Assembly (NCBI GenBank): GCA_965202585.1
Contig: OZ241830.1
Location: 67,084,001-67,148,000 of the forward strand
DNA from: Thalia democratica
Taxonomy: Eukaryota
Reading direction: 5' to 3'
DNA length: 64,000 bases
The notes beneath the pieces were generated by a model. The model saw nothing but the letters and a program-made list of their open reading frames with translations, did no database searches and had not been told where the DNA came from. The position numbers were made by a program, and so were the translations under genes. This document shows positions 10,330 to 24,491 of this stretch, in pieces. How positions within the stretch are numbered: position 1 is the stretch's first letter; every line of letters starts with the position of its first letter.

Positions 10330-13300
10330 ATACTGCAATAACTTTTTTTAATCTAATGAATTAAAACAAAATTACTTCTAATAACTTTAATGTTATAAAG
10401 GTGATAGAACCATCAGGGCTTTGTAGAATTATATCTCAGGATAACTTGTCTAGTTTTAAGATTTATGGTTGCCCAACATTGTGAATATTAAAAGTAGCTC
10501 AGTAATTTTTAATAACATCAGAATGACTTAAGCCAATTCCATTATTCTATTAAAATATTAAGATATTATATATTTTATAAATCACTCAGTATTTTTTTTC
10601 TTAAACTTATTTATGTATAAGATTTAGTTGTTCCAATTTTATAACTTTTATACTAAAAGTTAAAAAAATTACATAATTTCTATTTTTATATCTTGAAAAG
10701 CATATTAAATTTCATTGCTATTATTAGAGTTTCCAAAGACCTAAACTTTTATAATTAGCAAATTTAAGCTTAAAAACCTGAAACATGAAAAAAAAATCTT
10801 ATGTCATAGTCAAAATCACTTAAAAACCTGGATTTTTTAAGATTTTTACATGTTAATTAATAAAATCCCAGGTTGAATCATGATATTTATATTTTCTGTT
10901 ATCTAAAATTTTCAATTGATAAACTTAATTTTTTAATGCTAATTACACCCCTAATAACTCATTTTAAATCGTCTTTTTCTGACCTTGACTTTAAATAACA
11001 CCTTTTTCGTACATACTTTATATTACACTTTTAATGTTTATAAAGTTTTAATCTAAAAAAGTCGTCTCAAGGCTAACATTCCGAAAGATTTTTTTCAAAG
11101 ACTTACATATGGTTAGTATTAAACTTATTATAACTACATTAATTTATCTCGTTAAATTTTTGTCCTACAATACAAAATCCTACTATATTATCATAATTTA
11201 ATGTACAATATTATTAACTAAATTACTTAATTGTTATCATTTTTTTGCAATAGTAATTTTAATTCAAAGAGTTCAAACAGAAATAATTCTTATAACTTTA
11301 ATATTAGAAAGTTAATAAAACTATCAGTGTTTTATATAATCAGGTCTCAGGAAAATTCAGTCTAGTTTTACAACTTAAGGGTTGCTACACATTCTGAATA
11401 TTAATAGGAGCTAAGTAATTTTTGATAACATCAGAATGACTTAGGCCAGTTTCATTAAACTATTAAAACTCAAGATATAACATATTTTTCAAATTTGTTT
11501 TTTCTTTTTTTTCTAAATTTTATTCAAGTCTAAGATTATACTGTTCCAATTCAATAACTTGATACAAAAATTCAAATAATTAAAACATTTGATTTATTTT
11601 CAATACAATTTACTTTTGTAAAAGGATGTCAAGTTGCACTTAATTACTGTTTAGATTTGGTTGGAAGTTTTGAGCTAAAAGTTTATCCAAACGTTAAGAG
11701 AAAGCTCGCAAGGTCAAGTTTAATACTGATGCAAGTTTAATACAGTTGACAAAAGAAGAAAATAAAGTGCAGACTAGAAACCCTGATGCAACATTGAGTT
11801 AGGGAATGTTATATATAAGCTGATACAACAGACAGTGAGAGATTCTAGCCACAGCCTGCTGCAGTAAACGTGATAATGAAGAATAAATATTTATATTGTT
11901 TTCTTATGTTATATAAAGTGTTTTTTGGTTAGTATTATTTTTATAAGTATTTCGTATTTACATTCTAAGTAGTTAAATCGTAACTTGTTTTATACATTCT
12001 TAAAGTATATTTTTGCTAGATTAAATCATGTGTAAAGGTTTTGACCACATTTAAAGTGTTTTCTAAATTTGATGTTCTTTATGTATTTATTAGTGTTTGC
12101 AAATGTTCTTTGTATAAAATATTTTAACTCATGTCATGCCTAGTTTTATATAGAGTAGTTAAAGTATTATTAGTATCATTATTTAGTATAAGTTAAGTTT
12201 AGTATTAAAGGTACCTACATCTAAAGGATACACTTGAAATTTATTTCTTAGTTTTAGAGTCGCCAAAAACCTTGAATTCTAGACTTAGACAATTTAGGCC
12301 TTAAAACATAAAACTTTGAAAAATTAAAAACAAAAAAAGCCTAAGTAAAAGACAAAATCACTAAAAACCCGAAACTTTTAAGATTTTAATAAGTATAGTA
12401 ATAAAATTCCACATTGACTCAAAAATATAAAAATATTATTTGCATTTTTTGTTATTAAAATTTCTAATTCATAAAGTTTATTAGCAAAGCTTATAACAAC
12501 CTTAAAAAATAATCTTTTTTTTTTTATTATTTTGTTAAAAACAACCATTTAAAAGGTTTAAGTAAAACTTGGTCAAATTTAAGATTTTAGGATTGCAACA
12601 CATTCTGAATATTTAAATAAGATCAGTAATTTTTAACAATATTAGTATGACTAAGGCCAACTTCATAAATCTATCAAATAAATAAGATGTATATATAAAT
12701 TAATTCTCCCAATTATTTTTTCCTACAACTTATTTATGTATAAGATTATATTGTTCTACAAATAATACTTTGATACTAGAAATCAAATAAATAATGTTTT
12801 TTTTAAATACTTTAAATTGATTTGAGATTATTTTTTGTTAAAATCCTGGAATTCTAGAATTAGACAATTCAAGCTTAAAAACATGAAATTTGAAAAATTA
12901 AAAGATAAATCGTAAGTCATAGACAAAATCACTAACCTGGATTTGTAAGACTTTTACATGTTAAGTAATAAAATTCCAGGTTGACTCAAAAAATATATCT
13001 GATATATATATTTTTTTGTCTTGAATTAAAGTTTAAGAATTCAATCTTTTAATGCTAATTACAGCACTGATTACTCATTTAAAGTCGTCTTTTTTTTGAC
13101 CATTTTGTTAAATATAACCATTTTTGTACCTACTTTACACTTTCAATGTTTATAAAATTTTTATCTAAAAAAATCTTCTCAAGGCTAACATATTGAAAGA
13201 TTTTTCTCAAGACTTACATATGGTTAGTATTAAACTTATTTTAACTACATTAATTTTTCTTGTTAAGTTTTTTGCCTACAATGCAAAATCCTACTATATT

Positions 13301-15700
13301 ATCATAATTTAATGTACAATATTATTAATAAAATTAGTTAATTATTACCATTTTATTGCAATAATTAGTTTCAATTTAAAGAAATCAAACAAAAATACTT
13401 CTTATAACTTTAAAATTAGAAAGTTAATAGAACTATCAGGGTTTTGTATAATCAGGTGTCAGGAAAATTTGTCTAGTTTTACAATTTGAGGGTAGCTACA
13501 CACTCTGAATATTAACAGGAGCTAAGTAACTTTTGACAACATCAGAATGACTTATGGCAATTTCTCTATTCTATTAAAACTCAAGATATAACCTATTTTT
13601 ATAATCTCTCTGTCATTTTTTTTCTAACTTTTATTCAAGTTTAAGATTATATTGTTCCTATTAAACAATTTGATACTAAAATTCAAATGATTCAAAATTG
13701 ACTTTTTTTCAATACAAATTACTTTAAATATATTTCTTAATTTTAGAGTCGCCTAAAACCTGGAATTCTAGACTTAGACAGTTTAGGATTAAAAACCTAA
13801 AACTTAAAAATATTAAAAACAAAAAAATCCTAAGTAAAAGACAAAATCACTAAAAACCCAAAACTTTTAAAGTTTTAATAAGTTAAGTATCAATATTCCA
13901 AATTGACTCAAAAATATATAATTAATATTTACATTTTTTTTACTAAAAATTTCTAATTTATAAAGTTAATTAGTAAAGCTTATTACAGCCTTGAAAAATA
14001 ATCTTTTATTTTAATTATTTTGTTAAAAATGACCATCATTTAAAAGATATTACAACTACCTGACTTTTGTATAATCAGGTTTCAGGAAAACTAGGTAAAG
14101 TTTTAAGATTTTAGGATTGAAATAAACTTTGAATATTTAAATAAGATTGGAAATTTTTAACAGTATCAGTATGACTAAGGCCAACTTCATAAATCTATCA
14201 AATAAATAAGATGTTAATCATAAATAAATCCTCCCAGTCATTTATTCCCACTACTTATTCATGTATAAGATTAAATTGTTTTAACTTTAATACTTTGATA
14301 CTACAAATCAAGTATATAAATTTATTTTTTGAAAAATACTTTAAATTCATTTGAAGATTAAGATTTGCCAAAACCCTAGAATTCTAGAATTAGACAATTC
14401 AAGCTTAAAAACCTGAAATTTGAAAAATTAAAAGAATAATCTTAAGTTATAGACAAAATCACTAAAAATCCTGGATCGTTGTTAAGTAATCAAATTCCAA
14501 ATTTACTCAAAAAAAATATTATAATATATATATATTTTGTGTTATCTCGAATTTAAATTTATAAACTTTATTTTTTAATACTAATTACAGCCCTGACAAC
14601 TCACTTTAAGTCGTTTTTTTTTTGACCATTTTGTTAAATATCACTTTTTTCGTACCTACTTTTTATGTTACACTTTGAATGTTTATAAATTTTTAATCTA
14701 AATAGGTCGTCTCCAGGATAACATCCCGAAAGATATTTCTCAAAGACTTACATATGGTTAGTATTAAACTTATTTTAACTACATTAATTTTTCTTGTTAA
14801 GTTTTTGTCCTAAAATGCAAAATCCTACTATATTATCATAATTTAATGTACAATATTATTAATTAAATTAGTTAATTATTACCATTATATCGCAATAATT
14901 AATTTTGATTTAAAGAGTTTAAACAGAAATACTTCTTTATACTTTAAAATAGGAAAAGTAATAGAACTATCAGGGTTTTGTAAAATTAATGTCTCAGGAT
15001 AACTTTGTCAAATTTCAAGATTTATAGTTGTAACACATTGAAGTTGCTGAGCAATTTTTAAAAACATAAGAATGACTTATGCTAACTTTATTATTAAGTT
15101 AAAAAAATAAGATGTTAAATTTTTCAAATCCCTCAGTCATTTTTTTTAGAACCTGTTTATGTAAAACATTTATTTGTTCCAATTTTAATACTTTTAATGA
15201 TACAAAAAAGTATTTTAGAAATTTGATTTTTTATATATATAAATTCACTTTGAACTTGTTTATAAGTTAAAGATAAAAAACTAAATTCCAGATTAGATAG
15301 TTTAAGCTTTAAAACTTGAAATTACAAAAGTTAAAAAAAACCTTAAGTTATAGACAAAATAACTTAAAGACCTAGAATCTTAAAAAAATTTTCATATTAA
15401 GTAATAGAATTCCTAATTAACTTAAACAATATATCATAAAAAATTAATTTTTTGTTATCTAAAATTTTTATTTATAAAGTTCAAAGTAAAAATAATTTCA
15501 GTCCTGGTGATTCATTTTAAATCCTCTTTTTTTTTGAGCATTTTGTTAAAATGACTAATTTTGTAACTTGTGTATACTTTTAATAGTTATAAAGTCTGTA
15601 ATGTAAAATGTTTTTGCCTGGCTAGCATCCAAAAATATTTGTCTCAAAAACTTACATATGGTTATTTACATATACTTTTTTGTTAAATTTTTCTTATTTT
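10330..15700. repeat. Degenerate AT-rich higher-order tandem repeat (~630 + ~900 bp subunits, ~1.5-kb period)
   Basis: aagacttacatatggtt recurs at ~11099, 13210, 14745 and 15650. agaatgactta-like motifs recur at ~10520, 11430, 12645, 13540, 14170 and 15070. Confidence 0.85.
11627..12230 (+). mobile_element. Possible solo LTR inserted in the repeat array
   Basis: ~600 bp absent from the other repeat units. Starts TG, ends near ACA, with TATA-like tatatataag (~11811) and aataaa (~11883). No clean target-site duplication. Confidence 0.35.
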
Positions 15701-17546
15701 TAATCATATTTCTAACAAGAAGTTTAACGGCTTTTACTTTTTGTTTTTTTTTTCATTTAAATAAAACTATACTATTGAAATACAGTGGAACGGAATAAAT
15801 CTTTTGTATGCTCTTTACTGTTTGAGTGTTGAGTGTTTGAATGCTAAAAATCAAAAAATCAGTTAACCAGAACAAAATTATTTCAGGCAATGTTATCATT
15901 ATTTTGATATAGAGTTGATGTTAAGACCTAGTTACTGAATTTAAGACCTTTATAATTTAATAAAAACTTCATGCAATTTTTTAGTGTGTTGTTTTTGTTG
16001 AGTTATTTAGTATAATATTAGTTCTAAATCAAGTTTAATTTCTAATTCCATAACTAATAAATAACTTTCCAGAACCGGTTTGTATAAAATAAATAAAAAA
16101 AGGCTAGTTTAAGGAAAAATTGAAGTTTATGCACTGTTTTTGAACTAGACTTAACAGTGAGAAAAAATACGTGTGAGCAAGCTTCAATATTATTTATATA
16201 ACTTATTTCTAATATATACGAACTATTATTACTTTTCTATCAAACTCATTTAAATTTTAGTAACAATTTATTTTCCCAAATATTAAATAATTATATATTG
16301 TAGCTTAAACAAAGTTTTATCTTATCAGGATAATATCTATCACTAAAACTAACTTGTACTACTTTAGCTCAAAATTGAGCATTAAATTACTCTAAAGTTT
16401 CTTTGAAAACATAGGTTATTTCATTAGCAACTAAATAAATATTAAGAGTAATTTAATTGTCAGCATCTGTAGACTTAGGTTGTGGCAGAAGAAGGTTCAA
16501 GTTAAGTGGTCCAGATTTTTAGAAAAATTTAAATAAATACTTTATGTTATCAGATTGTTCATTTTTTGTATTTAAACTTCTAGTAAACTTTTTATTTTTT
16601 TCTAATCTACTATTGTTCTAACAAAATGCTGCACTTAGTTAAAGAACTTCTTAAGCAAACATAGTAGACTTTAGTATCTAAAAATATGATATAAAATAAA
16701 AACAGAGTTCTTATAATCAATTTGTTCAAAATCGATCTTTTGTTGTTAAGTATAAAATAAAATTTTAATAAAATATTTTAGTAATATAAGTTTACATTAC
16801 AGCCATAAAAGTGTAGAAAATAGTATTTAATTCAGGAAAAGCCTTCGAACATCAGCAACATTAAAAAGCTGTTCTTATCAAAATGTCAACTAAATCACGG
16901 ACTACTAAGCCTATTTTTTATATATAGCCTTCTTATAAAGTCCTAATAAGTCGCAAAAAGTAGGTGATAGTGTTTACATAAAAGTAGAATACAGAAGGTA
17001 TTGTCCCTATTAACTCAACTAAATCAAAATATTAGCAAACTATATGCCAAAATCACAAAATATTGGCAAAATATAAGCCAAAAAGTCAGAGAAAACTAGC
17101 AAGAAAATTAGTCTACAAAGTAACACGAAAACCATCAAAACTTAGCAGAAGACAAATTCAAAACAGAATTAATTAAATTTAGTCTTTAAAGCCATAGTAG
17201 ATCTGACAACAAAAAATAAGTATTAATAGTTCACAATGAAAAAAGAACAACTTTAGGTGATTGTGAGTCATGATAAATTTCTTTCAACTTGTCAAATTAT
17301 AGGCTTTGACCTTATATTTATTGGTGCATTATTAGACAAGATTTTTAGTTGTTTTGAGTACAACATGCTATGTAATTACATATTATTTAGTTATCTTTAG
17401 TTAAATTGTGAATTTGTAATTTTATTTTTATCAAGATTTTTATACTTTTTATTTTTGGTTTTTATGCTATGTCTGTAAAATACTTCGACAAATATATTTT
17501 GAATTACTTTGCAAAATATCAAAAAATATTTACTTAAGATATAAAA

Positions 17547-19576
17547 ATGGATACAATTCAAGAACTAGCAAAAAACTTACCTGATTGCAATGCGTCAAAA
17601 ATTGATGATGATTTTTTTCAAAAACTTGGTTTTAAAGAAGAAGGTTAGTTAAAAATTATATATATATTTGTTGATATTGAGTAAAATTATATCTGTTAGC
17701 TGTTAGATTATTAATTATCAAATTATCTCTTTTGTTTTTTAATAATTAAATGTTTTTAGCGAAGATTTGGGATCACATTTTTAATTTTTGGCTAATTATT
17801 TATAGATTAGATTTTCAAATCAAACCATTTTATTTCTTTAATAGTAGTACCTCTCTTTTATTTTTGTGTGAGGAATCTTCGTAAAAAATTCGTAAATAAC
17901 AGCTTAAATATGACTTATGCAGCCCAAGCAGTTTATTTAATTACAACTTAAAGGTGTTTATTGTATACTTTTGTTTTTCAAATAAATAATCAACTCATAC
18001 TTAACATCAAAGCGCTATTTTTAATCATATTTTTTTTAACTGTCTTTATTACATTATCAGCAACTATTGTTGTGCTTTACTTTTAACAAATCTTCTTGTG
18101 AACTCACTTGAAAAAAATTATTTGCAGACATTCGATACATGAAAACGGAAGTTAAAGATTTTTTTGATAAATGGGACTATCAAAAGAGAAAATTGACAAT
18201 TCCAATAGTCGATCATCATGTGGAAAAAATAAAGTATAAATTGAAAGATGTTTACCAGGTAAAAGTTAAGATGTTACAGAAGCATTTAATGAGTTATTGC
18301 TACAATTACAAAAGCAAATTTCTTTCACCTGGTATAAGTCTAAACCAAATGCTGGCTGATCATAAAGACTATATTAAAAATAGAAAACGAGCTGGAGTCA
18401 TTGCAATAACAAAAGATAATAAGGTGTTAGTAGTTCAAGCCTTTGAAAAAGTATGGTTTCCTAAAGGCAAAGAAAACTATTATGATGCTGATTTAAAAGA
18501 GACAGCTGTGAGAGAGGCGAAAGAAGAGTCAAGTAAGAACTTTTTGCTCAAATATTTAACTTCCTTTTTGTACAACAAAGCATTTTTATTAATAGATAAT
18601 GAATTTTACTATCGAAAAGGTTAACACATTATAGTAATAAATATAACATTTTTAATACACATACAAGTTATTTGATATTTTCTAATGCTTTTAGACTTAA
18701 ACTTGTGTAGGTTTAGTTAACTAAAACGTATTTTAAATTCTAAAGCAGTATTTTGTTCTCTGTAGTATTTATTAAAATTTAAAAAACAATTTTTAGCCTG
18801 GTTTATATTGTTAGTTTAAATTTGATCAAATGATATGGTATTAATTTATTTTGGTTGATAAAGATTTTAAAAAATAATTATCTATTCATTCATCTTTTAG
18901 TCTGGTTAATTTTAAATATTCATCATGGTTACTTTTGTTTTCTTAAGCTGGTATGAACTTATAGAGAAATAAAGGCTTACAGTGCGCTCACTAACTTAAA
19001 ATAAAAAACTAGTGATAATTTAGAAAATTATAAGAATTTCATTTGATAATATTTTTTTTTGTAACAACTTTTGCTTTACAAAAGTACCAATAATAATATT
19101 TGAAAGGTATGTTCTTTAGTTTAAAAAAGAAAAAGTTTGAAATTTAGTTTTCTTTATTTGAACAAAAACTATTAGTATTTGTTGTTAAACAGTTTTTGCT
19201 TAATTAAACAAAATAGAGTTCTGTGAACATTTTTTAATATCTTTACAATTTTAAAAGCAATTAACAAACAGGTTTGACTCTAACTAGCTTACAAAAAGAT
19301 GGTTGTAAGAATTCGATTACCATAAAAGAAAAAAAAGAAGATAGGGAGTACGACGTTAAATATTACATAATTGAAAACGTGGACGAAAGTCAAATTAATC
19401 TTGACCACACTGTTCCCCATGAGGTCGACGCAGTTCATTTAGTCCCGTTGGAAGATTTGTTGCGTAAAAAAAGGATAACGGTTAAAGACAGAAAGAATCA
19501 AAACTTACCTAAAAGTTTAAATGTACCTTACCAAACAAAAAGAGTTATTTGGAAGTATTTTAATGAAAAACGTTAA
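17547..19576 (+). CDS. Dcp2-like Nudix hydrolase, 3 exons (17547-17643, 18128-18532, 19272-19576), 268 aa
   Basis: Both GT-AG introns are phase 1 and the joined length is 807 nt, in frame. Contains KDYIKNRKRAGVIAITKDNKVLVVQAFEKVWFPKGK..ETAVREAKEESSL..KYYIIENV..HEVDAVHLVPLEDL, similar to the Dcp2 Nudix fold (W-G-FPKGK, REVFEETG, RLYII..EIRNIEWF). Confidence 0.8.
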
Positions 19577-21233
19577 TTTTGTCCCAACTTCTATAAGAAC
19601 CGACGATTCGGCTAAATTCGAAATAAAAAATTGTGTTTTACGTTATTTTTAGTGTCGCTTAATAAATGACAAAATCTTTAAAAATACATTGGCATGGAAG
19701 TAAGTTAATAGTCAACTAAATAAAAAGTGCTAAAAGCAAAATCTTCAAAACTTTAATTTAAGATATATATAATACTTACAAAAATGTATAACAAGTTTTG
19801 ATTTGGTCTAAAATAGTATTCATTATTTTAAAATTATTAGGATTTTTAAAGATATTGTTTTTATTTTCCGAAATCAATTCATATAAAAGTTTTTTTTCTT
19901 AAGTTAAGTTTTTAGCCGAAGATCGGCAGACCTTTACAAGTCGTGAGATATTTTTTAGAAAAAATAAGTGATTACAAGTACAGTACAAAATGCATAATTT
20001 CTTAAAAAATATAATTTTACTAGTTATGTTATTAGAAACGCCAAAAAATTACTGTTTTTATTATAAAATGTTCAACTAGAAAAAACATTAAAGGCTGCAC
20101 GTTTTTGTTTAAATAAAACAGTAACTATCGCAAACTGTCATTAAGTTACAATATACTAAATAAACAGATTTGTCTCCAGTTCTTAAAGATTAAGTTTAAG
20201 TTTTTGTTGTTAGTTTTCAACCAGTTGTGGTGGTGTATTTAAACACGTTGATTCTTTGAATGTGTCTCTAAATTTCTAACATGCAACTTGACTATAGTTT
20301 TAACTGTTTCTCAACTCTATGCCGTGTTAATCGATGAGAAATTTTTAATCTTTGTAAAAAAATAACTTAAACTATCACCATAATAGTGTAACTTTTTTTG
20401 ATAATTCTTATAAGAACCATATTAGAAAGCTAATGTAACAGTTGTTATCATATTATATTATTTTACAATATATGGACAGTTTTGTTAAAAACTTAACTAT
20501 TGGTTGATTAAGTGTAATACAATAAAGTAAGGTTATTAGAAAAGAAAAATTATTTTCTAAATTAATGGCAGTTTCACAATGCATTAAGTTCAATAAAGAG
20601 TTTATAATAACAAAGTAGATATTTATATGGTACAAGCACTGTGATACTAGAATAAGTGCATGACTTCTCGGTAAAATAAATACAATATTGTTAAATGAAA
20701 AATATAATGCTTTATACGTTAATTAATATAATATCCTGCATTAACTAGAGCCTAATATTTTTAAAGTAGCTGTATATTTTAAAAATAGTTGTGTGTTATT
20801 TGAATAAGTTTTTTATCAATTACAATTTTTTTGATATTGTTTACTTTTTTTGATAAGATTTTATAATTTCTATTGTGAATAATAAATGATGCTTTTTTCT
20901 GTAAGAGTTTGTCCTTATCATACCTTATTAATGTCCCTATTATGATAGGTTTACAACAGAGGAAGCGAGTAATGTTTTTGTGGAAACTTGAATGTTCTTA
21001 AAAAGATAAAACAGCTTCTTAATTATTTCAAAACTCGTTTTTTTTAATTATTTTACTTAAAGTAATAAGATTTGTAGTACTTTATTTGTAGTTACACAAA
21101 CTATATAACGATTACTTATACATACATATATACATATTAGGGTGCTTATTTTAAAAACTACTATTGATTTTCCAGCTTAAAAAAAATGTATATTTCGAAA
21201 TTACCATAAAAAACTTTTTACTAAGTTTTAGAT

Positions 21234-21374
21234 CAGGAGTCGGCAAACTGCGGCCCGCGGGACAATTGCGGCCCTTTAAGGGTAAATCTTCGGCTCGCAA
21301 GCAATTTTTTTGAATAAAATGCGGCGCGCTAAAGAAAATTATGTGGCCCGCGAGCACGTAAAAGTCGCCAGCTG
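21234..21374. mobile_element. hAT (Charlie-like) MITE
   Basis: Starts caggagtcggcaaactgcggcccgcgg and ends gtggcccgcgag...agtcgccagctg, typical degenerate hAT termini with GGCCCG subterminal motifs. No intact TSD. Confidence 0.65.
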
Positions 21375-21857
21375 AGCAAAAATATATTCTAAATTCATTT
21401 TGTTATGTTAAAAATGCTGAAGTTTGTTCAAATTTAATTAGTTTCATTGAAAGTCCTTGTTTAACATTCTGAAACAATTAAAATATTTCACTGCTTGGGT
21501 TAAAGATGTAAAAAAGACAGATTACCATTCCAGCTGTGTTTTTTTATTAGTTTTATAATAACTTTCTTCTTATAATAATTGATTATGATCTGATAAAGCA
21601 GTCTTTAAAGTACTTTGACTCAGTAATTTATTTATATAACACTTGTTAAATAAATGAACAGAATTCAAATGTTTTCCATAGTGTACAAAAGTAATACTCA
21701 GTTATTAACAAAAGTTTCATTTATTTACAGTTTATATATTTTGTTTGATATGTAAATTATAATGTTTATAATACAAAGAAATAATGTTTATTTTATTTAG
21801 ATTTTAACACTTTTTAATGTTGCATAAGTTTTTTGTGCATTTTAAATGTTTGAAGCA

Positions 21858-23635
21858 ATTAAAAGCTAATTTAACTTTATCATTTGTTTTCCTATTTAAT
21901 GATTATAATGCCTTTGAAATAGAATACTTATTTGAAATGAAAATGAAAACAAATATTTTTAAAAATATTTTATAAGTATTTCTAAAAAGTTGAACTTTAG
22001 TTTTTGTTATTTTGACAAGTTAAAGTCTATTTGTTGGATCACGTTAAAAAACCATAAACTTTCACATTAACTGTGCGGGCGGGGCGTCATCTAGTGGTGT
22101 TTAAACCATGTCGTTCATCATAAATGTTTAATTACCATGTTGTAGTTAGCTACCAAGTAAGAGTAAGCTGACAATTAGTATAAGCTATCGAGGATGAGAT
22201 AGATACTAGTTAGAAGTCATACCTGCTACTTAGTTGCAAACTTTTTTTTTGTAGCTAACTAATACTTGAAAGATAATTCATACCTGGTAGCCAACTCTAA
22301 CTTAGTAGCTAATTCCTACTTAGTAGCTAATTCCTACTTGGTAGCAAAATAAAATTTGTTGACTGTTATATACTTGGTAGCTAACTCATACTTGGTAAGT
22401 ATCTCATACTTAGGAACTAAGTCCTACTAGGTAGCTAACTCATATTTAGTAGCTAATTCCTTTTTTTAACTAACCGTACTTGAGAATTAACTTCGTAGCA
22501 AAATGAATCTTATTAACAAACTTATACTGAGTACCTAACTCATATTGGTAGCTTACACTACTTTGTAGCTAACTTCTTATAAGAAGCCTACTCCTACTTG
22601 GTAGTTAACTCCTACTTTTTAGCTTAATAAAACTCAGAAGCTACCTTATACATGGTAGCTAACTCATACTTGGTAGCTAAATTATACTCAGTAGATAATT
22701 TATACTTGGATTTTAATTTCGACTGTGAAGCTTACTACCATTTATCAACTTACTCCTCTATGGGAGCTAACCTCTACTTGTTAGCTAACTCTTAATTTAT
22801 AGCTATTCTCGTAGTTGATAACTATATCCCATTCGTATCTAACTCATATTGGTAGCTAACTTATACTTGGTAATAAATTATAATTAGTAGCTAACTCACA
22901 CTTAGTAGCTAACTTTTACTTGGTAGCTAACTTATACTTGGTATCTAACTCCTATTTGGTAGCTAAGTCGTACTTGGTAGCTAACTAACACTTGATAACT
23001 AGCTCCTACTTAATACTTGACTACTACATAGTAGCTAACTCCTAATTAAAAGCTAATACCACCTAAAGCTAACTAATACTTGTTACGTAACTCCTAGTTG
23101 GTAGCTAACTCCTAAAAAGCAGCTAACTCTTACTTGCTACCTTACTCTTACTTAGTAGCTGAGTCATAGGTAGTAGCTAATTCAAACATTGTAGCTAATT
23201 CATACTTAGAAATTAACTCATACTTGACAGCTGACTCATTCTTGAAAGCTAACTCATACTTTGTAGCTAACTCAAACTTAGAAGCTAATTCACACTTTGT
23301 AACTTACTCTTACTTTGTAGATAACTCATACTTGATAGCTAACTGTTACTTGGTAGCTAACACATACTTTGTTCTTATCTCATTTCTGCAAGCTAACTCA
23401 TACTTAGTAGCTTATTAATAATTCGTAGCTAACTCATACTTGATATCTAACTTATACATTGATGCTATCTCATACTTGGTAGCTAAATCATACCTGGTAT
23501 TTTATTAATACTTCGTAGCTAACTCATACTTGATATCTAACTCATACATTGATGCTAACTCATACTTAGTGGCTAACTCATACTTGTTAGCTAACTAATG
23601 CCTGATAGCTAACTCATACTTAGTGGCTAACTTAT
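21858..23635 (+). repeat. Satellite-bearing element (unique flank + 18-bp array); inverted copy at 60172-61970
   Basis: The unique segment aattaaaagctaatttaac...ctgtgcgggcggggcgtcatcta and the specific degenerate satellite units are found reverse-complemented at 60172-61970. Confidence 0.92.
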
Positions 23636-24491
23636 GGTTGGGCAACGTAAATAATTGAAGGGCCGGATCCAAAATATTTATTCCTCAGCGGGCCGGAGCA
23701 TTTCGAGTAAGTGATCTACCGGATTCAGTTAGATCCTTTTTAAGATCTTGATCTTTAATCAAAAATGTTGTCCGGATCCAGCTAAATACTAATTTTAGAC
23801 AAGGTTTCGTATCCGGATATAACTAATTTCAAAAGACTTGGATTCGGCTGGATACTAGTTGATCTGGTGTTTTAAAATTTTGAATCAACTTATTAACTAC
23901 CAAGGTTCTTAAGTCTACAATTTTAAGTTAATTTTTATCAAGTACTCATAATTCTCTATTTTTACAACTATGGACCGAATTAATACTAGTTAGTTTTATA
24001 AAAACAATAATTTACTTACTATAAATTACTCGAGCCTAAGATTTCAAACTAAAACATTAACAACTTTTAACTATTCGAAATTATCTAATTTTGGTAATCC
24101 TTAGCTCGAGGCTACATTAATAATATTATTCAGAATCTAACTAACATTACAATATTAAACTACTAATTTAAAAAACTTATAAAGATTCATTAGAAATTTT
24201 TTTAGATTGTAAACTGTTATTACAACATGCACAAATAAATTTCTTAAACAAATACTTAAAGTTAATGAGATATTGTTTTGAAATATTGTCATCAGTTGGT
24301 TATCATTAAACTTAATCATTTATTTAATCAAAAATTCTTTAATTAAAATATCAATAGCAGAAAAGAGTGCAAACTGTGGTCTCAATTTGGAATATTCTAC
24401 TAAAATATAAAGTTGAGCAGTTTTACTTAAAGTAGGTGTCAATGTTATTAAATATAAAACAAACACAGTTATAATTATATATACGAAAACT

